Virus record (IMG/VR): IMGVR_UViG_3300007351_000496
Origin: a virus
Strand: one strand, 5' to 3'
DNA: 64,000 nucleotides
Part shown: positions 9,602 to 19,019 of the stretch, piece by piece
Numbering within the stretch: the first letter of the stretch is position 1
Layout of the letters: every line of letters starts with the position of its first letter
Position numbers and translations under genes: made by a program
Notes under the pieces: generated by a model
Database searches by the model: none
Told to the model about the DNA's origin: nothing
The model's input: only the letters and a program-made list of their open reading frames with translations

Positions 9602-10396
9602 TTAATTAAGAACAAATTCGTAAGGAGTAGCTAATAACCACATCCGAATCTGAGATGCTGATACTGCCATAGCTATTCCAGGCAAAGGATGAAATTCATT
9701 TTCAAACCGCACAGCAAGTACTTGGCTATTTACACCTAATAATTTGCCATTTTCACAAAAAACACCACCACCACTAAATCCGACAATCGCAAAGCCATTT
9801 ATCCGCAACTCTGGTTTAAAAGTAATGATTCGACCGGATGTAACATATGGATTCTCCCCAAGTCCACAGCCAACAGATCGAACACTGTCATATAGCCTAA
9901 GTTGATTATATTCACTAGTTGATAACAACTTGGCAGTTGTAAATGTTATACCAGATTCGAATACTAACAGAGCTAAATCTAAAGATTTGTCAGCCATGAG
10001 GACTTTGGCATCATATGAAATAAACTCAGAAACCACTCGCAAATTACTTAAACGAAAGGTATCAATTCGTAATTTTTCAGCTTTGTCAATAACATGAAAA
10101 TTAGTTAAAACATATGTTTGGCATATATTACTATTTTTAGGGAACCCACTCCAAACTACTACTCCAGTCCCTGTCATTTCATGAGTTAAATCAACAACTC
10201 TAACAGTTAAGTCCAATACTTGGTAGCATAGGGCTTGTTCCTTAGTAAGAATTTGTTCTTCTGGAACAGGTACTTTATAAATTAAAGATATAGTTCCTAT
10301 TGTCGAAGCCCCTAAGATCATGCCCATTAAATATGCCCAAAGACCTCGGACGCGCATGTATTCATTGTCCAACAATTTAAGTTCAAAGTCAATCAA
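9602..10396 (-). CDS. Trypsin-like (HtrA/S1C-type) serine protease with N-terminal hydrophobic segment
   Basis: GTGVVV, catalytic His in VLTNFHVI, Asp in DLALL, Ser in GFSGGGVF. Confidence 0.85.
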   Translation of the reverse strand: MIDFELKLLDNEYMRVRGLWAYLMGMILGASTIGTISLIYKVPVPEEQILTKEQALCYQVLDLTVRVVDLTHEMTGTGVVVWSGFPKNSNICQTYVLTNFHVIDKAEKLRIDTFRLSNLRVVSEFISYDAKVLMADKSLDLALLVFESGITFTTAKLLSTSEYNQLRLYDSVRSVGCGLGENPYVTSGRIITFKPELRINGFAIVGFSGGGVFCENGKLLGVNSQVLAVRFENEFHPLPGIAMAVSASQIRMWLLATPYEFVLN

Positions 10397-10411
10397 GGTA
10401 ATATGTAAACC

Positions 10412-12214
10412 ATGGAAACTATTGTTGGAATTGACCTGGGAACTACTAATTCAGCTATTGCTTATGTCGCTGAGGGAAAACCTCGAATTATTCTTAATAA
10501 ACACAGTCGAAACACCACTCCGTCTGTCGTAGCATTTGTAGGAGATAAAATCTTAGTTGGAAAAGAAGCAAGAAATCAGGCAGCTACAAATCCGATTAAA
10601 ACGTTTAGCTCAGTTAAGCGTATTATTGGCCGCCGTGTTAAAGAAATTCCCGATGCAGCAAAAAAAGTGCCCTACTCACTAGTAGGCCGTCCCGAAGATC
10701 CAGTTCAACTTCTCATTGATAATAAAGGATTTATGCCACAGCAAATATCTGCTGAAGTTTTGAAAGAACTAAAACACGACGCAGAAAAGTTTTTTGGACA
10801 CTCCGTAACAGAAGTTGTTATAACTGTTCCGGCCTACTTTAATGATGGACAACGCCAAGCTACAAAGCAAGCAGGCGAGCTAGCTGGGTTTAATGTGCGT
10901 CGAATTATCAATGAACCAACAGCGGCGGCCCTTGCTTATGGGATAACGTCAGATCCCAGTGCTTTCAAAAAAATTGCAGTGTTTGACCTCGGAGGCGGGA
11001 CTTTTGACATATCCATTTTAGAAATTGGCGGTGGTGTGTGGGAAGTGAAAGCCACAAATGGAGATACATTCTTAGGTGGCGATGACTTTGATCGAGAAAT
11101 CACTAATCTTTTAGTTAAAACGCATTTTGCACAAACTGGATTCGACATTAGAGATGATTTGTCAGCTTATCAGCGTTTAAAAGAAGCTGCTGAGCAAGCA
11201 AAGTGCGAACTCTCAACACAATTTGAAACTAAAATAAACCTGGCATTCGCCAATAACGGAGAAACATCTCATCTCGAATTTACACTAACTCGTGCAAAAT
11301 TCGAAAGTTTAATAGAATCATATTTAAAGCGTGTCGAAGCTTGCTGCCGTCAAGCTCTTGCAGATGCTAACCTATCTCCAAAGGAAATAGACGAAGTAAT
11401 CATGGTTGGTGGCGCGACTAGAACGCCAATCGTCAAAGCATTGGCAAAAAAGATTTTTGTTCGTGAACCAAACACCTCCGTTGATCCAGATGAAGTCGTA
11501 GCTCTAGGGGCAGCACTCCAAGGAGCAATTTTATCAGGAGAACAAAAAAATATGATCCTAGTAGACGTGACACCACTCTCACTAGGAATAGAAACAGAAC
11601 ACGATGCAATGGACGTTTTAATTCCACGAAATTCACCAATTCCATGCACAGTAAAAGAAATTTATACCACTACCGAAGATGAGCAACAGGAGGTAGACGT
11701 TTTTGTTTATCAGGGGGAAAGTCGCTACGTTTACAAAAATCGCCTATTAGGACAATTTGTATTAGATGGAATCGAACCTGCCGAAGCAGGTGATCCTCAA
11801 ATTGAAGTTAAGTTTAGCATCGATACAGACGGAATCCTTCAAGTCTCTGCCAAAAACTTAGCCACCGGATCTGAACAAAATATTACTATTAAAGATTCTT
11901 CGTCAGTAAATGAAGAGGAAATAGAACGTCTTAAAAATGTTATTGATCCCGAAGAAGATGAAGATTATGACGAAGAGGACGACGACCTGTCCGATGAGGA
12001 TTTAGTCGAAGCAGCTGACGCTCTGTTGCGGGAGACAACAGAGGGTCTTAAGGAATTTTCGGGTCTGCTAGACGTAGATATCACAGCTAAAGTAAGAACT
12101 GCTAAAGAAAACTTAGCGGTTGCATTAGACAGCGAAGATTTAGATCAAGTCGAAGACGCAATGACCGAACTCCTTCAACTGTGGGAAGAAGTTGAAGATA
12201 AAGTTAGCGAATAA
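10412..12214 (+). CDS. dnaK: Hsp70/DnaK chaperone, divergent copy with acidic C-terminus
   Basis: [67 protein letters not shown]. Confidence 0.97.
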   Translation: METIVGIDLGTTNSAIAYVAEGKPRIILNKHSRNTTPSVVAFVGDKILVGKEARNQAATNPIKTFSSVKRIIGRRVKEIPDAAKKVPYSLVGRPEDPVQLLIDNKGFMPQQISAEVLKELKHDAEKFFGHSVTEVVITVPAYFNDGQRQATKQAGELAGFNVRRIINEPTAAALAYGITSDPSAFKKIAVFDLGGGTFDISILEIGGGVWEVKATNGDTFLGGDDFDREITNLLVKTHFAQTGFDIRDDLSAYQRLKEAAEQAKCELSTQFETKINLAFANNGETSHLEFTLTRAKFESLIESYLKRVEACCRQALADANLSPKEIDEVIMVGGATRTPIVKALAKKIFVREPNTSVDPDEVVALGAALQGAILSGEQKNMILVDVTPLSLGIETEHDAMDVLIPRNSPIPCTVKEIYTTTEDEQQEVDVFVYQGESRYVYKNRLLGQFVLDGIEPAEAGDPQIEVKFSIDTDGILQVSAKNLATGSEQNITIKDSSSVNEEEIERLKNVIDPEEDEDYDEEDDDLSDEDLVEAADALLRETTEGLKEFSGLLDVDITAKVRTAKENLAVALDSEDLDQVEDAMTELLQLWEEVEDKVSE

Positions 12215-12218
12215 TTAT

Positions 12219-12692
12219 TTAAAACATCAACAATCCAAGACCTACGAGGGCTGCTACCATACCTAAACGTGCTTGTTGTGATGTTACTCCTGCCCTTTGA
12301 AAAAGCCTACGCTTTTCACGCGTTGGTGCCTCAAATTTAGGCAAAAGCATAACGGGTTTATCACTTTCAACAGGGCCCGGAGCAGCTTGTGGAGCAGCCT
12401 GTTGTTGTGGTCCATAATACGGATACCCTGGATATGCATACGGATACCCTGGATAATACCCAGGATAAACAACTTGTCTTGTTGGCTCTAAAGGCGTAGC
12501 AATAATCCCACCCGATGTGGGTGCCATAACCGGACCTGCACTTGGAGCACCGCCACCGCCGCCATTTCCTCCTGTGGATGATCCGCCTCCGCCTCCGCCT
12601 CCGCCTCCGCCTCCTTCGCCACCCTCAGCTCCAAATCCCCAGACTCTATTTAGTCCACCATAATTACCGCGGAGTTTAGCCCGTATATACAT
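12219..12692 (-). CDS. Gly/Pro/Tyr-rich protein with C-terminal membrane anchor
   Basis: GFGAE motif near the N-terminus, poly-Gly, YPGYPY repeat, hydrophobic C-terminus. Confidence 0.7.
   Translation of the reverse strand: MYIRAKLRGNYGGLNRVWGFGAEGGEGGGGGGGGGGGSSTGGNGGGGGAPSAGPVMAPTSGGIIATPLEPTRQVVYPGYYPGYPYAYPGYPYYGPQQQAAPQAAPGPVESDKPVMLLPKFEAPTREKRRLFQRAGVTSQQARLGMVAALVGLGLLMF
12417..12614. repeat. Coding micro-repeats: 18-bp direct repeat (12417-12434, 12438-12455) and (CCGCCT)5 (12583-12612)
   Basis: Visible tandem units encoding YPGYPY twice and poly-Gly. Confidence 0.85.
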
Positions 12693-12694
12693 AG

Positions 12695-13060
12695 TTATCC
12701 TCTTTGTCTCTTTCTAATAAAGATTTTTTGATAATTCTCATCATCATATGATGCAAAATTCCACTGAGTTTGTGAAAGAGGAATTGCTGTATAATCAAAA
12801 TTTAAGTATCTATATAAAGGATGATCCTCCAAACTATTTTGGACGGCGTTTAAAATAGCTGGTAAATTGTCTTTTTTGTCGTCGGACAAAACTAATAATA
12901 GCTTAACACTCGTTCGAGTTTTTTTCGAATCAGTTTTTACTTTTTCTAACCCTTGTGCTAGCAACCCAACTTCCTCCTCCACTTCAAGAAGCCTTCTGTA
13001 CATTAACGCTCCAGCGTGTTTATCAGCATAACGAATTGAAAATAGTTCAGCTCTAGTCAT
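12695..13060 (-). CDS. Hypothetical protein
   Basis: 121-aa ORF tightly packed with its neighbours, GAGG RBS. Confidence 0.7.
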   Translation of the reverse strand: MTRAELFSIRYADKHAGALMYRRLLEVEEEVGLLAQGLEKVKTDSKKTRTSVKLLLVLSDDKKDNLPAILNAVQNSLEDHPLYRYLNFDYTAIPLSQTQWNFASYDDENYQKIFIRKRQRG

Positions 13061-13066
13061 GACGCC

Positions 13067-13402
13067 TCACTTCTTTGTTAAGAGGTTAAGGTAAATAGAA
13101 AGAGTTGCCATAGCTGCCAAGTATAAAAGACTTTTTTTCATAAATGAAGAAAGAGAAACTAACTCTTCAACAGCAATTTTAGTTTTATAATCAAACCGAC
13201 GTGCAAGTTCTTCGATAGGAATATTTTTAATTCTTTGTATATATGCATCCATATCATCAACGGATGCTTCTACCTTGGTTAGAACTTCGCGCCCTTGATG
13301 AATTGCACCCTGCGCTTCTTGAATAGCCGCGTCCGCACGCTGAGCAGCGACATTCACAGCCTTAACTGACTTTTTAGTGCTTGAAAATAATCCACCTAGC
13401 AT
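13067..13402 (-). CDS. Coiled-coil protein with C-terminal membrane anchor
   Basis: Helical body, C-terminal LLYLAAMATLSIYLNLLTKK. Confidence 0.7.
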   Translation of the reverse strand: MLGGLFSSTKKSVKAVNVAAQRADAAIQEAQGAIHQGREVLTKVEASVDDMDAYIQRIKNIPIEELARRFDYKTKIAVEELVSLSSFMKKSLLYLAAMATLSIYLNLLTKK

Positions 13403-13422
13403 GATTTTAATTATAACATATC

Positions 13423-14523
13423 ATGTATCAAATGACGGCGAATGAAGATATTTCTGATATGTTTAATGATCTATTCAAATCCAGTGATAATGAATTCGAT
13501 TTCCACATTGTTCCTCGTGGCGATGGTCCTTTTCGTGAAAAATACCGTCCTCAGAAGCTAGCTGAACTGGTCCCCACCTGCCAGATTGGACAATTACGCA
13601 ACATAATCAGCACCCCCTCTATATCTCAAGTATTTCTTTGCGAAGGGATAACAGGAACTGGAAAAACCACTTGTGCGCGAATATTAGCCAAGGCATTTAT
13701 ATGCACTCACCCCAATGCACATGAAAAACCATGCTTAGACTGTGATAACTGCAATTCTTTCGATAAAAGTTTTGATGTCACGTATCTTAACGCGGCAAAT
13801 CAGAACAAAATTGAAGACGTGCGTGAGTTAGTTGATGGAATGCGTTATGGTCCAGCCGTTTATCCAAAAAAAATCTATATTTTGGACGAAGTCCAACGAC
13901 TCACGTCAGCAGCTCAACAGGTCTTACTTACTGAATTGGAAGAACCACTTCCCTACTTATTAATATTTTTATGCACCACCTCATCAAAAGATTTAGAAAA
14001 ACCACTCCGAGATCGTGCGTTAACAATTACATTTGAAGAACTAAAACCAGCCCAAGCTCGTGCAATTGTAAAACAGGTTGCAGAACATGAAAATATTTCT
14101 ATTCCTGACGATCTAATCGAAAGTTTTTTTCAACAAGCCAAAGGCTCAATAAGAGCTTTGCTAAATAACATTCAATTATATATAAATGAGGGTTATGATC
14201 CGAGAAAAATTGACGATGAGGATGCTAGTCCCCAGGTTCAAGCGTTATTTAAGGCTATCACTTCTAGTAACTGGTCTGATCTTAGTAAACTTCTAAAAAA
14301 TCCACGGGTTAGAAGTGAAGCCGAAGCTTTACGTATGGGACTAGAAAACTACTTTCGAGCAGTAATCCTTAAAACTGATTCCTTGAGCGATGCTATCAAA
14401 TTATCCGAATCCTTAATGCGTATTATCGGATCTTCCTATAATGAACCCTCCATAGTTCAATATAATAATTTTGTATTAAAATGCACACGGGCCTGTGCAA
14501 TCTCTGCTAAGTTTAATTTGTGA
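13423..14523 (+). CDS. dnaX: DNA polymerase III gamma/tau-like clamp-loader AAA+ ATPase
   Basis: FREKYRPQ, Walker A GITGTGKTT, zinc module C..PCLDCDNC, Walker B IYILDEVQ, LEEP. Confidence 0.9.
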   Translation: MYQMTANEDISDMFNDLFKSSDNEFDFHIVPRGDGPFREKYRPQKLAELVPTCQIGQLRNIISTPSISQVFLCEGITGTGKTTCARILAKAFICTHPNAHEKPCLDCDNCNSFDKSFDVTYLNAANQNKIEDVRELVDGMRYGPAVYPKKIYILDEVQRLTSAAQQVLLTELEEPLPYLLIFLCTTSSKDLEKPLRDRALTITFEELKPAQARAIVKQVAEHENISIPDDLIESFFQQAKGSIRALLNNIQLYINEGYDPRKIDDEDASPQVQALFKAITSSNWSDLSKLLKNPRVRSEAEALRMGLENYFRAVILKTDSLSDAIKLSESLMRIIGSSYNEPSIVQYNNFVLKCTRACAISAKFNL

Positions 14524-15115
14524 TATACTTCGGTCTTATGATTTCTTGTTGAAGACGCGTTACAATTCCAACGAAGCCGGCCACTTCTTCTTTTCCATTA
14601 CATATTGGAAATGCATGGCATTTAACAAATGAAATTTCTGAAGACTTAATATTTTTCATTGTATATTCCATATGAAATGCGCGTTTTTGTATGACGGCAT
14701 CTTTCCATTCATCAACAACTCGATCACGATCATCTTCATGTATTGCAATCACCCATCCATAATTTTTGGCTTCTTGTAAACTCAGTCCGGTTAAATTAGA
14801 GTAATATTGATTGATCCAGATGCACATCCCTGCGCTATCTGTCTCAAATATTCCAACATCCATCGCCATCGACATAGCACGTCTTGCTTGCTGCTCAATT
14901 AATAATCGAATCTCAATTCGATTTATTGCATCTCTTAAAGAGGTGCCTCCGTTTGGCTTAAATTCATCCTGTATCTTTTCAATTGTATCCAAGGCGGTCT
15001 TAACGCGCTTCAAGCCCTTAATTAGTGGTTTTACTAAATATCGGTAGCCACCATACACGGTACCGGCGGCACTTCCTATGCCTGCTATTAAAGTTAGGAT
15101 GTCGATAAGAAGCAT
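14513..15115 (-). CDS. Membrane protein with PNGG.SLRDA motif and C-terminal PAS domain
   Basis: N-terminal TM, EFKPNGGTSLRDAINRIE, then GIFETDSAGMCIWIN..TGL...GW..AIHEDDRDRV PAS pattern. Confidence 0.8.
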   Translation of the reverse strand: MLLIDILTLIAGIGSAAGTVYGGYRYLVKPLIKGLKRVKTALDTIEKIQDEFKPNGGTSLRDAINRIEIRLLIEQQARRAMSMAMDVGIFETDSAGMCIWINQYYSNLTGLSLQEAKNYGWVIAIHEDDRDRVVDEWKDAVIQKRAFHMEYTMKNIKSSEISFVKCHAFPICNGKEEVAGFVGIVTRLQQEIIRPKYITN

Positions 15116-15160
15116 ATCTCTATTCTACACATTTATTGGAATAACATTGATTATTTTATT

Positions 15161-15607
15161 GTGCGTGTTATGATGGTATCGATGCATGTGCGCACACAAT
15201 CTATCATTCAAAACCTCGGTTTAAGTATTGATGATACGATTGTATCGCCAAAAAATGTAAAAAATTTAGAATCTCTTGGACTTCCAAAATCCGCCATTGA
15301 ACAAATTAAATTTTACGAAACGATTTCTTACAACCAGGAGCAAACACTATCGAAAACAGAGTGGGTAAATTGGCTCATTAAAAAATGTCGAAAATCTTTA
15401 GCAGCTTTTGCAAAGAAAAAGATCCCAACAAAAATAATTTTTAGAGACGGCGATTGGACGATCTATAGTGAAGCTTACAATAAAGCAATTCTTAAGTTGC
15501 AAGAAGCCTGCAAATCTTATTTTGATGAATTCGCATCCAAGCAAATAAAGCTGTGTATCGTCATGCTCGATGATGACAAAATACACATTCGAGAATTAGA
15601 GGAATAA
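15161..15607 (+). CDS. Hypothetical protein
   Basis: 148-aa ORF with GTG start, first gene of a plus-strand run. Confidence 0.65.
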   Translation: MRVMMVSMHVRTQSIIQNLGLSIDDTIVSPKNVKNLESLGLPKSAIEQIKFYETISYNQEQTLSKTEWVNWLIKKCRKSLAAFAKKKIPTKIIFRDGDWTIYSEAYNKAILKLQEACKSYFDEFASKQIKLCIVMLDDDKIHIRELEE

Positions 15608-15611
15608 TACC

Positions 15612-15875
15612 ATGGAAGAAGATTGGTCTGATGATTTTTATCATTGTCGTAAATGTCTTTCGACAAATCACCGACATATAATGGATGGTTTTTGTCAAAA
15701 ATGTTTTGATCAGCTTGAAGCGGATCCTAAAGTTCCAAATAAAACACAACGAAAATGTTTAAAATGTGGGCAATTGTTTTTGTCTGAAGGGCCAGGAAAT
15801 CGTCGCTGTGAGAATTGCTTGCGCCGTGAAGCTTGTTATCATAGAGAAAGTCATAAAGTAAACGTTTCGATCTGA
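15612..15875 (+). CDS. Small zinc-finger protein
   Basis: Four CxxC pairs; CLKCGQLFLSEGPGNRRCENC. Confidence 0.75.
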   Translation: MEEDWSDDFYHCRKCLSTNHRHIMDGFCQKCFDQLEADPKVPNKTQRKCLKCGQLFLSEGPGNRRCENCLRREACYHRESHKVNVSI

Positions 15876-16056
15876 GACCTTTATGCCTCGTCCACGTATA
15901 AATACGGGCGTTCAACGCCTTAAGATTCTTCGAAAATTGAACCTTCTCCCCCGGGAAGATGTTCATGACAAAGATATAAAAAATTGTATTTGTGATTTGA
16001 AACGCTTGCTACTACGTGGCTGTACGTGCGGTGGTGTCTAAACAATCGAGGCTAAT

Positions 16057-16782
16057 ATGCGGTTATTTAGTTTTTGGTGGAAGAAACAGCAAGATCCTCC
16101 GGGAGTAGAGTTATTAGCCTCTCCAGAAGATGAAAATTTTAATAAGAACTCAAAAAAACTTGTTCAAAGATTTGATGAATACATTACAGCAGCCGAACTT
16201 GAATCAGAAAATTTAAGTATTGAATTAGATGAGATTATAAATCACCAAGAGATAATACGTGATAAGATCAAAACTTTAAATAAACCTAATTCATGGCATG
16301 AACGGCATCTACTACTCAAACTAGATAGATTAATCCTTCATGGAAAAAACTTGGAACAACGAATTGAAATTTTTGCGCAGAATATTCGTGTTTATCTAAA
16401 CCTGATGGGTAAAGTCCAACACATTCGAGCAATGCGAATGAACGGTCTTGAAGACGAGAAAATAGAACATATCTGGTTAGAATTTCAGAGTGCTCTTGAG
16501 CAATACCGCCAAAAAATTGCGACAGAAGGAGCTGCTGATACAAAAGACACTGTAACTGCAGAAACTCAGGAAGATCGTCTTAAGACGCTTCGCTTAGAAC
16601 TTTTTCCAGATCAATCATTTGAAACTACTGAGTCTGATGTTTCTGAAGCAACAATCGAACCTGTGGCGTTACAACGTCCTCCTCTTGAAGAAGCTATTCA
16701 TTCCTTTAGAAAAGAAGAGGAGCAAGAACTTTTAAAGGATGTTGAAGAGTATCTTGGAAAATACAAACTAGAGGCAGAATGA
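16057..16782 (+). CDS. Coiled-coil hypothetical protein
   Basis: 241-aa helical, Glu-rich ORF; GAGG RBS. Confidence 0.75.
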   Translation: MRLFSFWWKKQQDPPGVELLASPEDENFNKNSKKLVQRFDEYITAAELESENLSIELDEIINHQEIIRDKIKTLNKPNSWHERHLLLKLDRLILHGKNLEQRIEIFAQNIRVYLNLMGKVQHIRAMRMNGLEDEKIEHIWLEFQSALEQYRQKIATEGAADTKDTVTAETQEDRLKTLRLELFPDQSFETTESDVSEATIEPVALQRPPLEEAIHSFRKEEEQELLKDVEEYLGKYKLEAE

Positions 16783-17351
16783 TTGTCGTACAAGGATCAT
16801 CCGTAATATTATCATCTCCTGATTCTCCAGAACTTTATTCATATATTGGAAGAAAGTTTGTTGTTCAAGAAATTTACCACTTTCGCCATCCGATAACCGT
16901 TAGAATTGGCGATAATCATTTAAGCATTGTTGTTCCCATTAAGGCACTAGAAGTGCTGCCACCAGAAACATCTATTTTAAAACATAATCAGCAAATAAAG
17001 ATAATTAAATCGTACAAACGTGATCTTATTAATGATTATCGAAAGGATTTAATAGGAAAAAGAGGAACTATTCGCAGTTTTGATCAAAAAAATGGTTACT
17101 TTTTAGTAAAAACATTTGATGGTGAAAGTGGGTGGTTTCCACTAGAATGTTTATACCCTTTAGACTATAAAGGTGATATTTTTTACTATCCTTTACAAAC
17201 TGTATCCCACAACGGCCAAACATTTCGCATTGACGCAATTAAGAATACGAAATTCGGAAATGGCCAACTCCTCCAGCTAGCAGGTGAGTGGATACCATCT
17301 TCAGACGTGCTTCCAGTGTACCCAACACATCAAAATACAAACTCCAACTAG
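16779..17351 (+). CDS. Protein with tandem SH3/KOW-like beta-barrel repeats (inferred)
   Basis: Three ~55-aa segments with IG..G.I, LV.F, W.P..L pattern; ATGA-coupled to the upstream gene. Confidence 0.6.
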   Translation: MIVVQGSSVILSSPDSPELYSYIGRKFVVQEIYHFRHPITVRIGDNHLSIVVPIKALEVLPPETSILKHNQQIKIIKSYKRDLINDYRKDLIGKRGTIRSFDQKNGYFLVKTFDGESGWFPLECLYPLDYKGDIFYYPLQTVSHNGQTFRIDAIKNTKFGNGQLLQLAGEWIPSSDVLPVYPTHQNTNSN

Positions 17352-17402
17352 CCTTGCGCACGAATTCTATTTGTTTAGAATGTCTGTGGAGTTTAAGTCT
17401 AC

Positions 17403-17720
17403 GTGGCATCAACCTTCGACATTGGAAACGTTTATTCAGAGGCAAGTGGTAACAGCAAAACGTATTATGTTGCAGTAAGTGAGACAACCCTAGTCACTTA
17501 CCGCAACGGAACGTTTGGTACCTACACTACAAGGAGAAAACATCACTCGCTAGAACATATTTCTGTTAAGAAATTATGTAAAACTTGGAGGATTTCCGTT
17601 GATTACCTAGATCATCAAATGTCACGATATTTTTCTCCAGACGATGAAGCTGTCGAACGTGCGCGTAGAGATAAAGATGCAGAGAAAGAAGCTGCCCTAG
17701 AACTAGTTACTACTGATTAA
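17403..17720 (+). CDS. Hypothetical protein
   Basis: 105-aa ORF with GTG start and GGAG RBS. Confidence 0.65.
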   Translation: MASTFDIGNVYSEASGNSKTYYVAVSETTLVTYRNGTFGTYTTRRKHHSLEHISVKKLCKTWRISVDYLDHQMSRYFSPDDEAVERARRDKDAEKEAALELVTTD

Positions 17721-17734
17721 AAATGGAGTTATGA

Positions 17735-17763
17735 TTGACATTCGTTTAAATATCGAGTACCAT
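17735..17763 (+). promoter_or_regulatory. sigma70-like promoter
   Basis: TTGACA, 17 nt, TACCAT, 9 nt before the 17773 start. Confidence 0.6.
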
Positions 17764-17772
17764 TTATAGTAT

Positions 17773-18219
17773 ATGGCCACTAAAGCATTTAAAGTGGATA
17801 CGCCAACTTTAGAAAAATTATCGGAGTTGGTTTCTTTAAAAGGCGAAGAGGCAATCTCAAGCGCATTAATCAAATTTGTTGATGACTACTATTTAAAAGA
17901 TCAAGCTAAACATGAACTATTTATAACAACGGCACCTAATTGTCAAGTATTACCAAAAAAACAATATCGCAAACAATTAAAGCAAGAATTAGGCTCTGGC
18001 CCATATACAGTGGTTAAGCAAATTAAATCTATAACAAATCAGTCTGAAGGGTTGTACAAATTAGAAACATCTAACGAATATTATCCGGTTTCGTGGTTTG
18101 ACCTGGCACCTGAACCTTCTATTAAGTATGTTGCATTGAGTGGAATCTCATTTGCAGTGTTGGTTTTATCTAATCTGATTCAATTAGCTTGTATAATTTC
18201 GCTTGCCTTAATGTTATAA
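17773..18219 (+). CDS. Hypothetical protein with C-terminal TM
   Basis: Hydrophobic C-terminal ~30 aa. Confidence 0.7.
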   Translation: MATKAFKVDTPTLEKLSELVSLKGEEAISSALIKFVDDYYLKDQAKHELFITTAPNCQVLPKKQYRKQLKQELGSGPYTVVKQIKSITNQSEGLYKLETSNEYYPVSWFDLAPEPSIKYVALSGISFAVLVLSNLIQLACIISLALML

Positions 18220-18226
18220 TGATAAT

Positions 18227-18634
18227 ATGCGTCGTTTGTTTGCTGAATTACCTAGCGATTTAGACGTTCAAGATGAAACGATGGGACCACCCCCAAGTTG
18301 GTTTCCAGCAAGACATTATGTAAGCTCAAATCTTGATCCTTCTTTATTTCCATGGTATTCACCAGCATTTTACGGTCTTGGCGATCGGGAGCAAGAAGTA
18401 GAAGTTAATCCTGTAGAAGTTCTCCAAGAATTAAAATTCAAACAAGAAATGCCAAAGAGAATACCTGTTATTGCAAGTCGCTACACAGAGATTGACCCTC
18501 TATCTCCGATGTTTAGACAATACCGACCAAAATATGGCTACGGCGACTTCACTGCTGAAGACGGCAAAGTTTTAGTAAAAGTGTTAGTTGCTATATCCGC
18601 GATTTATTACTTTCTCTTACGTAAGAAGCGATAG
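18227..18634 (+). CDS. Tail-anchored membrane protein, putative virion protein
   Basis: YGLGD and YGYGD motifs; C-terminal VLVKVLVAISAIYYFLLRKKR. Confidence 0.75.
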   Translation: MRRLFAELPSDLDVQDETMGPPPSWFPARHYVSSNLDPSLFPWYSPAFYGLGDREQEVEVNPVEVLQELKFKQEMPKRIPVIASRYTEIDPLSPMFRQYRPKYGYGDFTAEDGKVLVKVLVAISAIYYFLLRKKR

Positions 18635-18685
18635 CTTCTCTTGACTCTAGAAATGTTTTAGCTAAAGTTTCCTTAGCCTAAAAAA

Positions 18686-18976
18686 ATGGCAAGGAGAAAT
18701 GAAATGCCTTTTAATCGAATCGTAGTTCCCCCAACCGACCTTGCGTCTTTCCTGCGCGTTGAAGACCGTTCGGAGTTGAGCTTCACTCAACTTCAATCGA
18801 TTCTTTACGATCGCTTGTACCGCTCAGGTTCAGTTCGACACCTAGATGGCTCACGGGCCCGCCGTCGTCGAGCCAGAAACCGTCGTCGTGGTGCAACCCA
18901 ACCACAAGTTCGAAGCCGTCGTAATCGTCAAACTAACGCGCGCCGAAATACTCGTCAAAGCGTTCGGAGTCGTTAA
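18686..18976 (+). CDS. Small Arg-rich protein (nucleic-acid binding inferred)
   Basis: C-terminal half is about one-third Arg; followed by a terminator hairpin. Confidence 0.7.
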   Translation: MARRNEMPFNRIVVPPTDLASFLRVEDRSELSFTQLQSILYDRLYRSGSVRHLDGSRARRRRARNRRRGATQPQVRSRRNRQTNARRNTRQSVRSR

Positions 18977-18983
18977 TTCTTAT

Positions 18984-19009
18984 CACCCCTGCCTTGCAGG
19001 GGTGTTTTT
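18984..19009 (+). terminator. Intrinsic terminator
   Basis: CACCCCTGC-CTT-GCAGGGGTG followed by a T run. Confidence 0.75.
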
Positions 19010-19019
19010 ATGTACACTC

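Noticed and set aside
15727-15966. 79-aa minus-strand ORF
   Set aside because: It overlaps the zinc-finger gene by 149 bp, has no motif and runs opposite to the local gene run.
18846-19019. N-terminal extension of the glycosyltransferase ORF
   Set aside because: It overlaps the Arg-rich gene and crosses a terminator; ATG 19020 gives a normal GT-B start.
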